Shown here: one piece after another, positions 29,925 to 39,751 of the stretch
Position numbering within the stretch: position 1 is the first letter of the stretch
Layout of the letters: each line of letters opens with the position of its first letter
Assembly: GCA_002415855.1 (NCBI GenBank)
Contig: DIAS01000126.1
Span: forward strand, 26,981 to 90,980
Direction: 5' to 3'
Source of the DNA: Bacteroidales bacterium UBA5072
GTDB lineage: Bacteria; Bacteroidota; Bacteroidia; Bacteroidales; UBA10428
DNA: 64,000 nucleotides
Notes under the pieces: model-generated
The model's database searches: none
Told to the model about the DNA's origin: nothing
What the model saw: the letters and a program-made list of their open reading frames with translations, nothing else
Program-made: the position numbers and the translations under genes

Positions 29925-30533
29925 TCAGGGATCCTGATCTTCGGGAGGAAGGTCATCCCTGACATTTATTCTTCCTTTGTAACCTTTCATCCACCACTTT
30001 GAAAGATCCTCCCTGGCTTCAAAGCCATATTCACCGTAAAAAACCCCATCCTGATTTGTAATGGTGGAAAATTTGTCGGAATAGATGCGCTTTTCTTTCT
30101 GGTCCCAGAAGATTTCCTCGGTCTCCAGTTTTTCTCCTGTGCGCTGATTCTCAGCCAGCACCTGACTCCTGCCCTCCCACAGCTGCTTCTTTTTATACAG
30201 GATTGCATAATTGGCCTGAATATAGGATTCAGGATTACCGGCCAGATCGTAAAAAATCACCTTTATCCCCTTGGGAAATTCGGTGTAGGGATCCTCCTTG
30301 CGGTTGAAATCATTGGCCTCGGGCGCTATGATCTTCCCTTTCAGCAGACCTGAATCGGTATAGGAGATCTCTATATTAAATCCGGAAACGTCGGGCAGAT
30401 CTACTTTGTTAGTCAATGCATTAATAGTCTCAATATCGTTCTGACAGGATACCAGGATGCCGTAAATGAAAACCGTCAGAAGCGGCATCATTATTCTTCT
30501 GATCCTTTGCCGTTTGATATTCAGCGTATTCAT
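29925..30533 (-). CDS. lptC: LPS export ABC transporter periplasmic protein LptC
   Basis: Lipoprotein-like 'LVSC', 'YTEFPKGI.V.FY', 'LETEEIFWDQ', 'IYSDKF'; conserved coaX-lptC-tlyC-ppiD synteny. Confidence 0.82.
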   Translation of the reverse strand: MNTLNIKRQRIRRIMMPLLTVFIYGILVSCQNDIETINALTNKVDLPDVSGFNIEISYTDSGLLKGKIIAPEANDFNRKEDPYTEFPKGIKVIFYDLAGNPESYIQANYAILYKKKQLWEGRSQVLAENQRTGEKLETEEIFWDQKEKRIYSDKFSTITNQDGVFYGEYGFEAREDLSKWWMKGYKGRINVRDDLPPEDQDP

Positions 30534-30543
30534 GTTTATCTTC

Positions 30544-31266
30544 TCATGTGTTGAATTCCAGAATGAAATTCAGTCCCTTTAGTACCAGTTCCGGAATTGC
30601 AAAGATGGTTCTTTTCAGTTCAGAAACAAAGAAACTGGCATCTCCTCCGGTAATGATGAATTTGCAGTCCGCATATTTTCCGGCGAAATCATCCATATAC
30701 CCGTTGAGTTCATAGGCTATGCCCTGCTGAACTCCTGCTGCAATGGCCGTACGGGTGTCTGTTCCGAACTTCGGATAGCCGCTGTCGCGGTTCATGAGAG
30801 GCAACTTTGCGGTATATTCATGCAATGCCCTGAAACGTATCTGTAAACCTGGAGAGATATTCCCTCCTTGGTATTCCCCGTTTGCGCTGACAAAATCTAT
30901 CGTGATGGCTGTTCCGGCATCAATTACCAGCAAGTTACTGCCCGGAAATAAATACCGGGCTCCGGCACAGGCAGCTATTCTGTCGCGCCCCAGGGTTTCG
31001 GGCGTTCTGTACTTAATCGTCAGGGGCAAGGGTGTGGTGTGATCGAGCAAGATCATTTTTTTAAACACTGTGGCATGGGCATTCATTAAGGCAGGATATT
31101 CCGTGCTTACGGATGATACAATTGCCTTATCCGCATGTCTCCTGCTGATGATGTTGCCGAAGTCCACAGGGTCTTCCCTGGGGAACCGGTAATTTTCGAT
31201 GATTTCTCCCTGTTCAAACCAGGCAACTTTGATCAGGGTGTTGCCAATATCAGCTACCAGATTCAT
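30544..31266 (-). CDS. coaX: Type III pantothenate kinase
   Basis: 'DIGNT', 'TLGRDR', 'VIDAGTAITID', 'GGNISPG', 'ITGGDA'. Start set at MNLVADIGNT (31266). Confidence 0.95.
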   Translation of the reverse strand: MNLVADIGNTLIKVAWFEQGEIIENYRFPREDPVDFGNIISRRHADKAIVSSVSTEYPALMNAHATVFKKMILLDHTTPLPLTIKYRTPETLGRDRIAACAGARYLFPGSNLLVIDAGTAITIDFVSANGEYQGGNISPGLQIRFRALHEYTAKLPLMNRDSGYPKFGTDTRTAIAAGVQQGIAYELNGYMDDFAGKYADCKFIITGGDASFFVSELKRTIFAIPELVLKGLNFILEFNT

Positions 31267-31363
31267 GGTTCTGCTCTTTCCGATTTGCCTGTCAAAGTTA
31301 TCGAATTGCTGATGCTTTTCAAAATGTGAGAATTTACATACATGGTTCTGCCGGAAATCAAAA

Positions 31364-32806
31364 TTACTGATCAGGTGCAAGCAAGCCGGCAATTGACTTT
31401 AATTTTATCAATCCCAGGGCCATTGACAGCAATGCTGCCATAAGAAAATATAATCCTAGTGAATAGATCCAGAATACCGGCAGGTTGCTGATCAGCACAC
31501 TGCCTGCCGCTACCAGGCTTATGAAAACGGCCAAACGTATCAGGAGCCTGAAGTCGGTCTTCAAGCGGAATATGCGTTTGACCAGGATGATCTGGTACAG
31601 TGAGGTAAAGAGCTGGGTTGCCATATTGGCAATGGCAGCGCCAATGACGCCGTATTTCCTGATCAGCACGACGTTCAGTGTAAGATTTATCGATACTGCA
31701 ATCAGGGCCATGGTATTGAGTTGAAAAAGACTTCCGTTGGCTGTCAGCAGCGTGCCAAATATATAAGTAATACACATGCCCAGGAAACTGAAGATAAGGA
31801 TGCCAAATACCCTGGCAGAGTGCTGCACATGCTCGTTATAAAGGACATCAATGATATCGGAACGGTATGCCAGGCAGCCAAAGGTTATGGTAATGGCCGG
31901 AACCATAAGCAACATGAAGGAAAGACGCGTCAGGTTTTCTATGGATTCACCCTGCTTGATCATTTTTGAAAAAACCGGCAGGAGTATCAGGGTAAACAGG
32001 TAACCGTAATTGGATAATATTTCGATGATCCTGAAACTCTGAGCGTAAATACCGGCCTGCTCCTTGCCGTTTACCAACATTTTACCCAGCAGTACCGAAT
32101 CGATCCTGAGGTACGCAGCCATCAGCAGTATGAGCATTGCATATGGAAGACTGCGGCGAAGCAGGGAACGATAATAGCGCAGATCAAACATGAAGCGGAC
32201 AGGCTCTGTCTTCGAAAAAACCATGCTGAAAGCCAGGGCTGCCCCGATCAGGTAAGCAGCTGTTTGCGAATACACCAGCCATTCGATCCTGAATACGTGT
32301 CGGGTCACAGGATCAAGTAGCAGGAAACCGCAAATAACAACTACAACAAAACGGTCCACTACCGAGATAATGCTGTCGGCCCTGAACATGTGCATACCGC
32401 CGAGGTTTGCCCTGAAATAAAGAATGAAACTCGCCAGGAACTGATTAAAAAGCAAAACCAGCAGTAATTTATATTCTTCCGCCTGCCAGCCCATAAAATA
32501 GCCGACAAGGGAGCATACTGTGAAATAAATGATGCCCAGGATAATCTTTAAGGGAAGAACGGTAGAAAAATACCTGTTCAGGAGGTGGCTGTGACGGGCA
32601 ATCTCTCGTCTGCTGAAGTTCTCGATGCCCAGGTCGAGCAGTATCTGAAAAATCAGGGAAAAATTAAGCAGGATGAAATAACTGCCATACTTGCTGGCCC
32701 CTACGGCATTTTGCACTCCGACATCAATGCCAAAGGCATAAATTGGCTTAATTAACAAATTTAGAAAAAGAAGGAGGGCAAGATTCGTGACAAATTTCCT
32801 TTTCAA
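31364..32806 (-). CDS. Wzx/MOP-family oligosaccharide flippase (polysaccharide biosynthesis protein)
   Basis: About 14 TM helices, 'NLLIKP', 'LDLG', 'YLRIDSVLLG', 'GIYAQSFR', 'YGVIGAAIA'. Confidence 0.85.
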   Translation of the reverse strand: MKRKFVTNLALLLFLNLLIKPIYAFGIDVGVQNAVGASKYGSYFILLNFSLIFQILLDLGIENFSRREIARHSHLLNRYFSTVLPLKIILGIIYFTVCSLVGYFMGWQAEEYKLLLVLLFNQFLASFILYFRANLGGMHMFRADSIISVVDRFVVVVICGFLLLDPVTRHVFRIEWLVYSQTAAYLIGAALAFSMVFSKTEPVRFMFDLRYYRSLLRRSLPYAMLILLMAAYLRIDSVLLGKMLVNGKEQAGIYAQSFRIIEILSNYGYLFTLILLPVFSKMIKQGESIENLTRLSFMLLMVPAITITFGCLAYRSDIIDVLYNEHVQHSARVFGILIFSFLGMCITYIFGTLLTANGSLFQLNTMALIAVSINLTLNVVLIRKYGVIGAAIANMATQLFTSLYQIILVKRIFRLKTDFRLLIRLAVFISLVAAGSVLISNLPVFWIYSLGLYFLMAALLSMALGLIKLKSIAGLLAPDQ

Positions 32807-32830
32807 AGCAACTGAAAATTATTTTCTTTA

Positions 32831-32838
32831 CAAAGGTA
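32831..32838 (-). promoter_or_regulatory. -7 element for the flippase gene run
   Basis: TACCTTTG on the minus strand about 25 nt upstream of ATG 32806. Confidence 0.55.
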
Positions 32839-32881
32839 GGAAGTTTTAAATATTCTGCGTGAACTAATACCCAATATTGGA

Positions 32882-33481
32882 TTGCTGAAGAGTTTTCACA
32901 AATCCGGAATTTATGAGGCTGGCTGTGACGAAGCCGGAAGGGGTTGCCTGGCGGGACCGGTATTTGCGGCTGCCGTGGTGCTGCCCTGGAATTTCAGGCA
33001 TGAACTGCTTAACGATTCCAAGCAAATAAGCGCCCGGGTCCGAGACAGTTTGCGAAAGGTCATTGAGAAAGAGTCACTGGCCTGGTCTGTGGCATGGCTG
33101 GATAATGAAAGGATCGATGAACTGAACATCCTCCGGGCTTCTATCTTCGCGATGCACAAAGCCTTGGATCAGCTAAAGATCCGGCCCGCGCATATCCTGG
33201 TCGACGGGAATCGCTTTTATCCTTATCATGAGATACCCCACCTGTGCGTAGTGAAAGGAGATGCCACCTATGCTTCCATTGCCGCGGCATCGGTACTGGC
33301 CAAGACCTGGCGTGACGAATACATGGTCTCCCTGCACAAGGAATTCAGTTATTACGGATGGGACCGGAACAAGGGTTACCCCACTGAAGAGCACCGCACT
33401 GCAATTCATAAATTCGGCATTTCGCCTTACCACCGAAAAAGTTTTTCGCTTTTTCGGAAGCAGCTTGAATTAAATTTTTGA
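32882..33481 (+). CDS. rnhB: Ribonuclease HII
   Basis: 'GCDEAGRGCLAGPV', 'LNDSK', 'ILVDG', 'SIAAASVLAKT.RD', 'KGYPT..H'. Confidence 0.97.
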   Translation: MLKSFHKSGIYEAGCDEAGRGCLAGPVFAAAVVLPWNFRHELLNDSKQISARVRDSLRKVIEKESLAWSVAWLDNERIDELNILRASIFAMHKALDQLKIRPAHILVDGNRFYPYHEIPHLCVVKGDATYASIAAASVLAKTWRDEYMVSLHKEFSYYGWDRNKGYPTEEHRTAIHKFGISPYHRKSFSLFRKQLELNF

Positions 33482-33518
33482 TTTTTGCATAATTAATATC
33501 AACCGTAAATTTTCAACT

Positions 33519-35672
33519 ATGAAAAAACTTTTATGCCTTGTAATAGGTTTGTTGATGGCCTTCCAGTTTAGTCTTAAGGCCGATGAGGGGATGTGGCTTT
33601 TACCGCTTCTTCAGAAGTTAAACATAGATACCATGCATTCCCTGGGTCTTAAACTTTCTGCTGAAGATATATACAGTATCAACCAGGGCAGTCTTAAGGA
33701 TGCAATCGTTATCTTCGGCGGTGGTTGTACAGGAGAGATCGTGTCGGAGGAGGGCTTGTTGCTGACCAACCATCATTGCGGTTATGATGCCATACAAAAC
33801 CACAGTTCAGTTGACCATAACTACCTCGAAGATGGTTTCTGGGCGATGGACCGAAAAGAAGAACTGACCAATCCCCGGCTTTCCGTTACTTTTCTTGTGA
33901 GGGTTGAAGATGTTACCGATGCTGTTGTTCAGGAGCTATCGGATACAATAAATGAAACCAAAAGAAATCAGATCATTTCCCAGATTTCAGATTCCATAGT
34001 GAAAGCAGCCATAGACGGAACACATTACGAAGCCTCCGTGGAATCACTGTTCGGAGGGAACAATTTCTACCTCTTTGTGTATGAGGTTTATCAGGATGTA
34101 AGACTCGTCGGTACTCCTCCTTCATCGATCGGCAAATTCGGATATGATACCGATAATTGGATGTGGCCGCGTCATACGGGTGATTTCAGTGTATTCAGGG
34201 TATACAGCGGACCTGATGGAAAACCGGCCAAATACAGCCCCGACAACATTCCCCTGAAACCCCGGCATTCCCTTCCGATTTCGCTGAAGGGACTTAAAAC
34301 TGATGACTTTGCCATGGTCATGGGTTATCCGGGTTCAACAGACCGGTATATGACATCATTTGAGATCAAGGAACTCGTCGAAATTACAAATCCCAATCGA
34401 ATAAAGATCAGGGGATTGCGACAGGATATCCTGTTGAAGGACATGATGGCTGACCAAAAAGTAAATATACAGTATGCTTCCAAATATTCCGGATCATCCA
34501 ATTACTGGAAGTATTCCATTGGCCAGAACCAGGGCCTTAAAAAACTGCATATTCAGGAAAACAAGGAACTACAGGAAAAAGAGTTTACCAATTGGGTGAA
34601 TGCCGATGAACAACGTAAAGAAAAATACGGTCCGGCCCTTGACCTGATCCGAAGTTCTTTCGAGAAAAGGGCAAAATTCGCGCACGTATTTCAATATACC
34701 TATGAATGTTTCTTTAGTTCAGCAGAATTAATTGCAATCGCTCTCAGGGCAAACGGTCTATACAATGCAATGCTTCGGGAACCTGAGAATCAGGACCTGA
34801 TTGATTCACTGGCCCGGCTTTATAAAACAAGGTGGGAGGATTTCAACGAAGAATACAATGCTGCCACTGATATGAAAGTAATTCCCGCAATTTTGCAATT
34901 ATACAGCGATAATGTGCCTGAAGAATTCCACCCGGGAATTTATGACCTGATCAAAACCAAATATAAGAATGATTTCAACCGTTATACAAAGGACCTGTTT
35001 GCAAAATCAATATTTGCCGATAAACAGCGGTTTGAGATTTTCATCCAACATCCTACAGCCAAAGTACTGCAAAAGGATCCCGTTTTCCAGGCCGCACAAT
35101 CAATCCTGGAGGTCTACAGAAGCGTATATATGCAGCAATCGGCCTTTGATGAGGATTTTGAAAGAGGACACAGGCTTTATATCGCCGGATTGCTCGAGAT
35201 GAATCCCGGCAAGGTCAGCTATCCCGATGCCAATTTCACCATGCGATTGACTTATGGTACAGTTCAGGATTATTATCCGCGTGATGCAGTTCATTATGAC
35301 TATTTTACAACCCTCGACGGTGTCATGGAAAAAGAAGACCCGGATAACTGGGAGTTTGTAGTTCCCCAGAAGCTTAAAGATTTATACAACAGCAAGGATT
35401 TCGGTCGTTATGGCATGAATGGAAGGATGCCCGTATGCTTTATCACCAACAACGACATCACAGGTGGCAATTCGGGAAGTCCCGTAATCGACGGAGAAGG
35501 CAATCTGGTCGGACTGGCCTTTGATGGCAACTGGGAGGCCATGAGCGGTGATGTTGTTTTTGAACCGGCTTTGCAGCGGTGCATTTGTGTGGATATCCGG
35601 TATGTGCTGTTTGTCATGGACAAATATGCCGGAGCATCCCATCTGGTAAATGAAATGAAGATTGTGATGTAA
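33519..35672 (+). CDS. S46 family dipeptidyl-peptidase (DPP7-type)
   Basis: 'DEGMW', 'TNHHC', 'NWMWPRHTGDF', catalytic 'TGGNSGSPV', 'FDGNWEAMSGD' (Gly at the S1 position, as in DPP7 rather than DPP11). Confidence 0.93.
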   Translation: MKKLLCLVIGLLMAFQFSLKADEGMWLLPLLQKLNIDTMHSLGLKLSAEDIYSINQGSLKDAIVIFGGGCTGEIVSEEGLLLTNHHCGYDAIQNHSSVDHNYLEDGFWAMDRKEELTNPRLSVTFLVRVEDVTDAVVQELSDTINETKRNQIISQISDSIVKAAIDGTHYEASVESLFGGNNFYLFVYEVYQDVRLVGTPPSSIGKFGYDTDNWMWPRHTGDFSVFRVYSGPDGKPAKYSPDNIPLKPRHSLPISLKGLKTDDFAMVMGYPGSTDRYMTSFEIKELVEITNPNRIKIRGLRQDILLKDMMADQKVNIQYASKYSGSSNYWKYSIGQNQGLKKLHIQENKELQEKEFTNWVNADEQRKEKYGPALDLIRSSFEKRAKFAHVFQYTYECFFSSAELIAIALRANGLYNAMLREPENQDLIDSLARLYKTRWEDFNEEYNAATDMKVIPAILQLYSDNVPEEFHPGIYDLIKTKYKNDFNRYTKDLFAKSIFADKQRFEIFIQHPTAKVLQKDPVFQAAQSILEVYRSVYMQQSAFDEDFERGHRLYIAGLLEMNPGKVSYPDANFTMRLTYGTVQDYYPRDAVHYDYFTTLDGVMEKEDPDNWEFVVPQKLKDLYNSKDFGRYGMNGRMPVCFITNNDITGGNSGSPVIDGEGNLVGLAFDGNWEAMSGDVVFEPALQRCICVDIRYVLFVMDKYAGASHLVNEMKIVM

Positions 35673-35711
35673 TTTACGGGATATACCAAGTGGTATACCA
35701 ACAGAAAACTT

Positions 35712-36296
35712 ATGCAGGTCAGAATCATTGATATTATCTCGGTTTTCATGGTGCTTTTTGCTGTAATTGATATTACGGGCGCCATTCCCTATATTCTGGA
35801 GCTTAAAAGGAAATCGGGTGATATCGATGCCGGAAAGGCTACCTTGGTTGCCTATGCTATCCTGTTGCTGTTCCTGTTCATCGGGGAGCCTTTTCTGCAG
35901 TTGTTCGGTGTTGATATTTCTTCGTTCGCTATTGCAGGATCATTCGTACTGTTATTTCTCGGATTGGAAATGGTTCTGGGTATAGAATTTTTCAAGTATG
36001 AGACACTGAAGCACTCATCCATATTTCCACTGGCTTTCCCGTTGATCGCAGGCGCCGGAAGCATGACGACCATTATTTCGCTAAAGGCGGCGTACAGCAT
36101 GTGGACCATATTTTTTGCCCTGAGCCTCAACATGATCCTGGTGTATGTGGTACTGAAAGCAACCAGGCTGGTGGAAAAGATCCTCGGACCAACAGGTATT
36201 CTTATTCTCACCAAGGTATTCGGGATCATCCTGCTGGCAATAGCCATCCGGTTGTTCCTTTCGAATACAGGCATACATTTGCCCAATGTCCCATAA
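35712..36296 (+). CDS. MarC family membrane protein
   Basis: 'LFAVID..G.IP', 'FG.D.SSFAIAG', 'PLAFPLIAGAG..TT', 'K.FG..LLAIA'. Confidence 0.9.
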   Translation: MQVRIIDIISVFMVLFAVIDITGAIPYILELKRKSGDIDAGKATLVAYAILLLFLFIGEPFLQLFGVDISSFAIAGSFVLLFLGLEMVLGIEFFKYETLKHSSIFPLAFPLIAGAGSMTTIISLKAAYSMWTIFFALSLNMILVYVVLKATRLVEKILGPTGILILTKVFGIILLAIAIRLFLSNTGIHLPNVP

Positions 36297-36744
36297 AATC
36301 ACACTGTATTCCGACGGGGCCGCGAGTGGTAATCCCGGCCCCGGCGGATTTGGCGTAGTACTGATTTCAGGTAACCACCGCAAGGAAATCTCCGAAGGCT
36401 ACAAAATGACCACTAATAACAGGATGGAGTTGCTGGCCGTAATCAGGGGTCTCGAAGCGCTGAAAGCCGGTAATTGTCAGGTAACCGTTTATACCGATTC
36501 ACGGTATGTTGCCGATGCGGTTGAGAAAGGCTGGGTTTTCACGTGGGAAAGGAAAGACTTTAAAGGCAAGAAAAATACAGATCTGTGGAGAAGATTCTTA
36601 AGGGTTTACAGAAAACATCAGGTTCAAATGGTCTGGATAAAGGGTCATGCTTCCATCCCGGAAAATGAAAGATGTGATTCCTTGGCGGTTAAAGCTTCAC
36701 AGGGCATTGATCTCTTAACGGATCAAGGGTATATCGCCGGGTAA
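36286..36744 (+). CDS. rnhA: Ribonuclease HI
   Basis: 'YSDGAASGNPGPGG', 'TTNNRMELLA', 'YTDSRYV', 'N.DLW', 'WIKGHA..PENERCD'. Confidence 0.97.
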   Translation: MSHKITLYSDGAASGNPGPGGFGVVLISGNHRKEISEGYKMTTNNRMELLAVIRGLEALKAGNCQVTVYTDSRYVADAVEKGWVFTWERKDFKGKKNTDLWRRFLRVYRKHQVQMVWIKGHASIPENERCDSLAVKASQGIDLLTDQGYIAG

Positions 36745-36813
36745 ATTCTTGCTCCCCTCTGAAACAATCTGCTGTAAAAATTCGTTTTATCAGCAGCATG
36801 TAATCCCGCAAAA

Positions 36814-37386
36814 ATGAAGGATCAGAAGGAGGCAGAACAATACCACTTAACCCATTCGCATTTGGAAAATAATACCATATTACACTTTGAAGGCATCATT
36901 CAATACGAGACAATTGGGGAGCTGATACATACCTTTAAGCAAAGAATCCATGCCATAGGTGTTCAGGTGGGAACTTATAAAAGAATTCTGCTTGTGATGA
37001 TCGAGGTGCTGGAAAACATCATGAAGCACAGTGAGGGTTGTCCGGAGAAATCCCGTGAAGGTCATCAGAACCCCGTGCCGGTCTTCTCTATCAGAAAATC
37101 TGACAACCAGTTTGTCGTTATTTCTTCCAACCCGATCAAAGGGATAAATATCCAGGCTTTCAAGAACCAGCTCGATTTTCTGAACACACTTGACCAGCAG
37201 GGCCTGAAAGAATTCTATAAAAGGACCATTACCAACGGCCTTTTTACAAATCGGGGCGGTGCTGGACTTGGTCTCATCGAAATTGCCAAAATATCCGGTA
37301 ACAGGATAATTTATGCTTTCGAGCCGGTTGATGAGCATTGCTACCGGTTCGATATGACCGTAACAATTAATGATTCAAAAAATTAA
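36814..37386 (+). CDS. SiaB-family protein kinase (DUF6272-like GHKL-type Ser/Thr kinase)
   Basis: 'MIEVLENIMKH', 'SSNPI', 'GGAGLGLIEIAKISGNRI.YAF'; adjacent to a SiaC-like gene. Confidence 0.75.
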   Translation: MKDQKEAEQYHLTHSHLENNTILHFEGIIQYETIGELIHTFKQRIHAIGVQVGTYKRILLVMIEVLENIMKHSEGCPEKSREGHQNPVPVFSIRKSDNQFVVISSNPIKGINIQAFKNQLDFLNTLDQQGLKEFYKRTITNGLFTNRGGAGLGLIEIAKISGNRIIYAFEPVDEHCYRFDMTVTINDSKN

Positions 37387-37404
37387 CTGATTTATATCTG
37401 CAGC

Positions 37405-37803
37405 ATGCTACCTTTTTATTCCGGAGCCTCCGATTCAGCACCGAAAGCCGAATTCAGCCACCATACCGGATTATTTGAACTTACCGGCGTTTCGCGTCCT
37501 GAAAATGTTTCGGCTTTTTATAGCCAGCTGATCGACTGGCTCAGGACATTTGAACAGGAATGTCGTAAATCCGGGAAATGGCTCTCACCGGCCATTACAG
37601 TGAATTTTAAACTCACTTATTGCAATTCTGCCTCATCAAAGTACATCTACCAGATGCTCGAAATCATTACCTCCTGGAAAGAATTCGGGATAAATCCTGT
37701 AATAAACTGGTATTACGATGAAAGTGATGATAAAATGCGTGACGACGGGCAGGACCTTTCGGATGCCCTGGAATATGATTTCAATTATTTCGCGTTGGAA
37801 TAA
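37405..37803 (+). CDS. SiaC-family regulatory phosphoprotein (DUF1987-like)
   Basis: 'G.S.PENV..FY..L..WL', 'F.L.Y.NS.SSK', 'INWYYD..D..M...G.D'. Confidence 0.8.
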   Translation: MLPFYSGASDSAPKAEFSHHTGLFELTGVSRPENVSAFYSQLIDWLRTFEQECRKSGKWLSPAITVNFKLTYCNSASSKYIYQMLEIITSWKEFGINPVINWYYDESDDKMRDDGQDLSDALEYDFNYFALE

Positions 37804-37813
37804 AATACAAAAC

Positions 37814-38221
37814 TCAGCGAGCCGCTATCTGATCTTCCCGGTACAGGATATTCCATTCACTGAGCACATTCACGGCATGTTTGACCTCACGCCTGCAGTC
37901 ATCGTCTGACAGATAATACTTTTTGCTGAATGTATCAACAATATATTCTATCCGCTGCTTCCGGAAGGCAGCCATGATAAGATCTGCGTAAAAATCAGTG
38001 AACTGATGCTTGACATCCAAACCTTCCTTGTCCTTGGCAAATACAATTACCTCTCCGTTTGACATCCGCTTGATTTTGCATTCGGGATTGAGTTTGATGC
38101 TGCCCCCGTAAAACGACTTGGGTGAATTCCCGGCTTCTGCGGCCATTACAACTACCATCAGCAACACCAGGATTGCTGAAAGCCGTAAAGGCAGAACTGG
38201 TAAAATGGTCTTGGTCTTCAT
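37814..38221 (-). CDS. Exported hypothetical protein with PqqD/RRE-like winged-helix domain
   Basis: Signal peptide (MKTKT..hydrophobic..AEA) followed by 3 short strands and 'IEYIVDTFSKKYYLSDDDCRREVKHAVNVLSEWNIL', which resembles PqqD helices 2-3. Confidence 0.55.
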   Translation of the reverse strand: MKTKTILPVLPLRLSAILVLLMVVVMAAEAGNSPKSFYGGSIKLNPECKIKRMSNGEVIVFAKDKEGLDVKHQFTDFYADLIMAAFRKQRIEYIVDTFSKKYYLSDDDCRREVKHAVNVLSEWNILYREDQIAAR

Positions 38222-38446
38222 AGAGAGAGATTTTTATACTAACAGAAAAACTACAGGAATGTTTATCTGCCAAAATAAAAACGCTGAAATCAGGGTTTAA
38301 TTGTATATAATAAAAGTGATCAAAGATATAAAACGATGGTTAAAAAATCAATTTTTGTTGATAAAACAGCAAAATTCATACACCAAATTTAAGATGGAAA
38401 AATGTTGCAAATAACCATAAATTGAGATAGATTAAGACGATATTTT

Positions 38447-39751
38447 ATGGGTTACATGAAAGTCGTCATCGTACATTATCATCTTAATCCCGGAGGTGTT
38501 ACAAGGATCATCGGGTCACAGATCAGGGGGCTTCAAACCTTACCCGGAAAAATTGAATTGTGTGTACTGTGCGGAAATGACAGGGGAGAGTCGGATATTC
38601 CGCAAGCTATAATTCAGGTTCATCCCGCATTGGACTATCTGGATTACGCTATGAGTGAAGAAAACTTCCTGGAGGCTGTTCAGGTGATAACCGCAGTATT
38701 AAAAAGAAATCTTACCGGTGAGGCTATTCTACATGTTCATAATGCAAATCTCGGTAAGAATCCTGCTTTGACGCTCGCTGTTTATGAACTGGCAAAGGAA
38801 GGATACCCGGTCATCAATCATAGTCATGATTTTCCGGAAGCAAGGCCCCGAAACATGGAATTGCTCGGGAAATGGATCCCCGAAGCTTCTTTATTGCCGC
38901 TGTCCGAGATCCTGTACCCCCCGTTCCCCGGGTATCATTTCATATCGCTGAATTCCTGTGATTACCGGCAAATTATCGAAAAGGGCATGGATGCATCCCG
39001 GATTCATCTTCTTCCCAACCCGGTTTCCTTTCAGAAGCTTGTGGCACCCTCCGGCAAACACCAGTTAAGAAGGAGGATCTGCAAAGTTCTTGGGTTTGAT
39101 CCATCCCGAAAAATATGCACCTATCCCGTACGCGCCATAGCACGCAAGAATCTGGGTGAGTTTCTGCTTCTTGCTGTTTTATTCAGAAACGAAGCGTCTT
39201 TTACAATAACCCTTCCCCCCAAGAATCCCTTGGAATTGACTGGCTATGAACGGTGGAAAGGAATCTGCCTCCACAATGGGATCGATGTAAAATTTGAGTC
39301 AGGGGTGGTCGTTGACCATGAAGAATTGATCTGTATTTCCGATTTTTGTATAACGACCAGCGCACGCGAAGGATTTGGAATGGTTTATCTCGAACCCTGG
39401 CTTGCAGGAACACCGGTGATCGGGAGAGATCTGCCGTGCGTCACAAATGACCTGATAGCACAAGGGTTAGAATTCCCCAGGCTTTACGGGCATATTCTTA
39501 TTGAAACCCCTGAGGGTATGATAGATTTTAAAGATCTCCCGAAGGACGACCAGGAAATGACAGTAATACAGCTTGCCAGCCAGGAACCGGCCAGGAATAA
39601 GTTACTCAGGAATAATACCTGTTTGACAAATTTCCTGGAGGATATCCCGGCGGAAGTAATATACAGGAACCAGCAAATCGTCGAAAATAAATTCTCACCC
39701 GAAAAATATGGAGCGGAATTACTTGCAATATATCACAAAGTTTCTGAGTGA
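38447..39751 (+). CDS. GT-B (GT4-like) glycosyltransferase
   Basis: 'HYHLNPGGVTRII', 'HVHNANLGKN', 'HSHDFPE', 'YPVRAIARKNLGE', donor-binding 'EGFGMVYLEPW'. Confidence 0.82.
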   Translation: MGYMKVVIVHYHLNPGGVTRIIGSQIRGLQTLPGKIELCVLCGNDRGESDIPQAIIQVHPALDYLDYAMSEENFLEAVQVITAVLKRNLTGEAILHVHNANLGKNPALTLAVYELAKEGYPVINHSHDFPEARPRNMELLGKWIPEASLLPLSEILYPPFPGYHFISLNSCDYRQIIEKGMDASRIHLLPNPVSFQKLVAPSGKHQLRRRICKVLGFDPSRKICTYPVRAIARKNLGEFLLLAVLFRNEASFTITLPPKNPLELTGYERWKGICLHNGIDVKFESGVVVDHEELICISDFCITTSAREGFGMVYLEPWLAGTPVIGRDLPCVTNDLIAQGLEFPRLYGHILIETPEGMIDFKDLPKDDQEMTVIQLASQEPARNKLLRNNTCLTNFLEDIPAEVIYRNQQIVENKFSPEKYGAELLAIYHKVSE

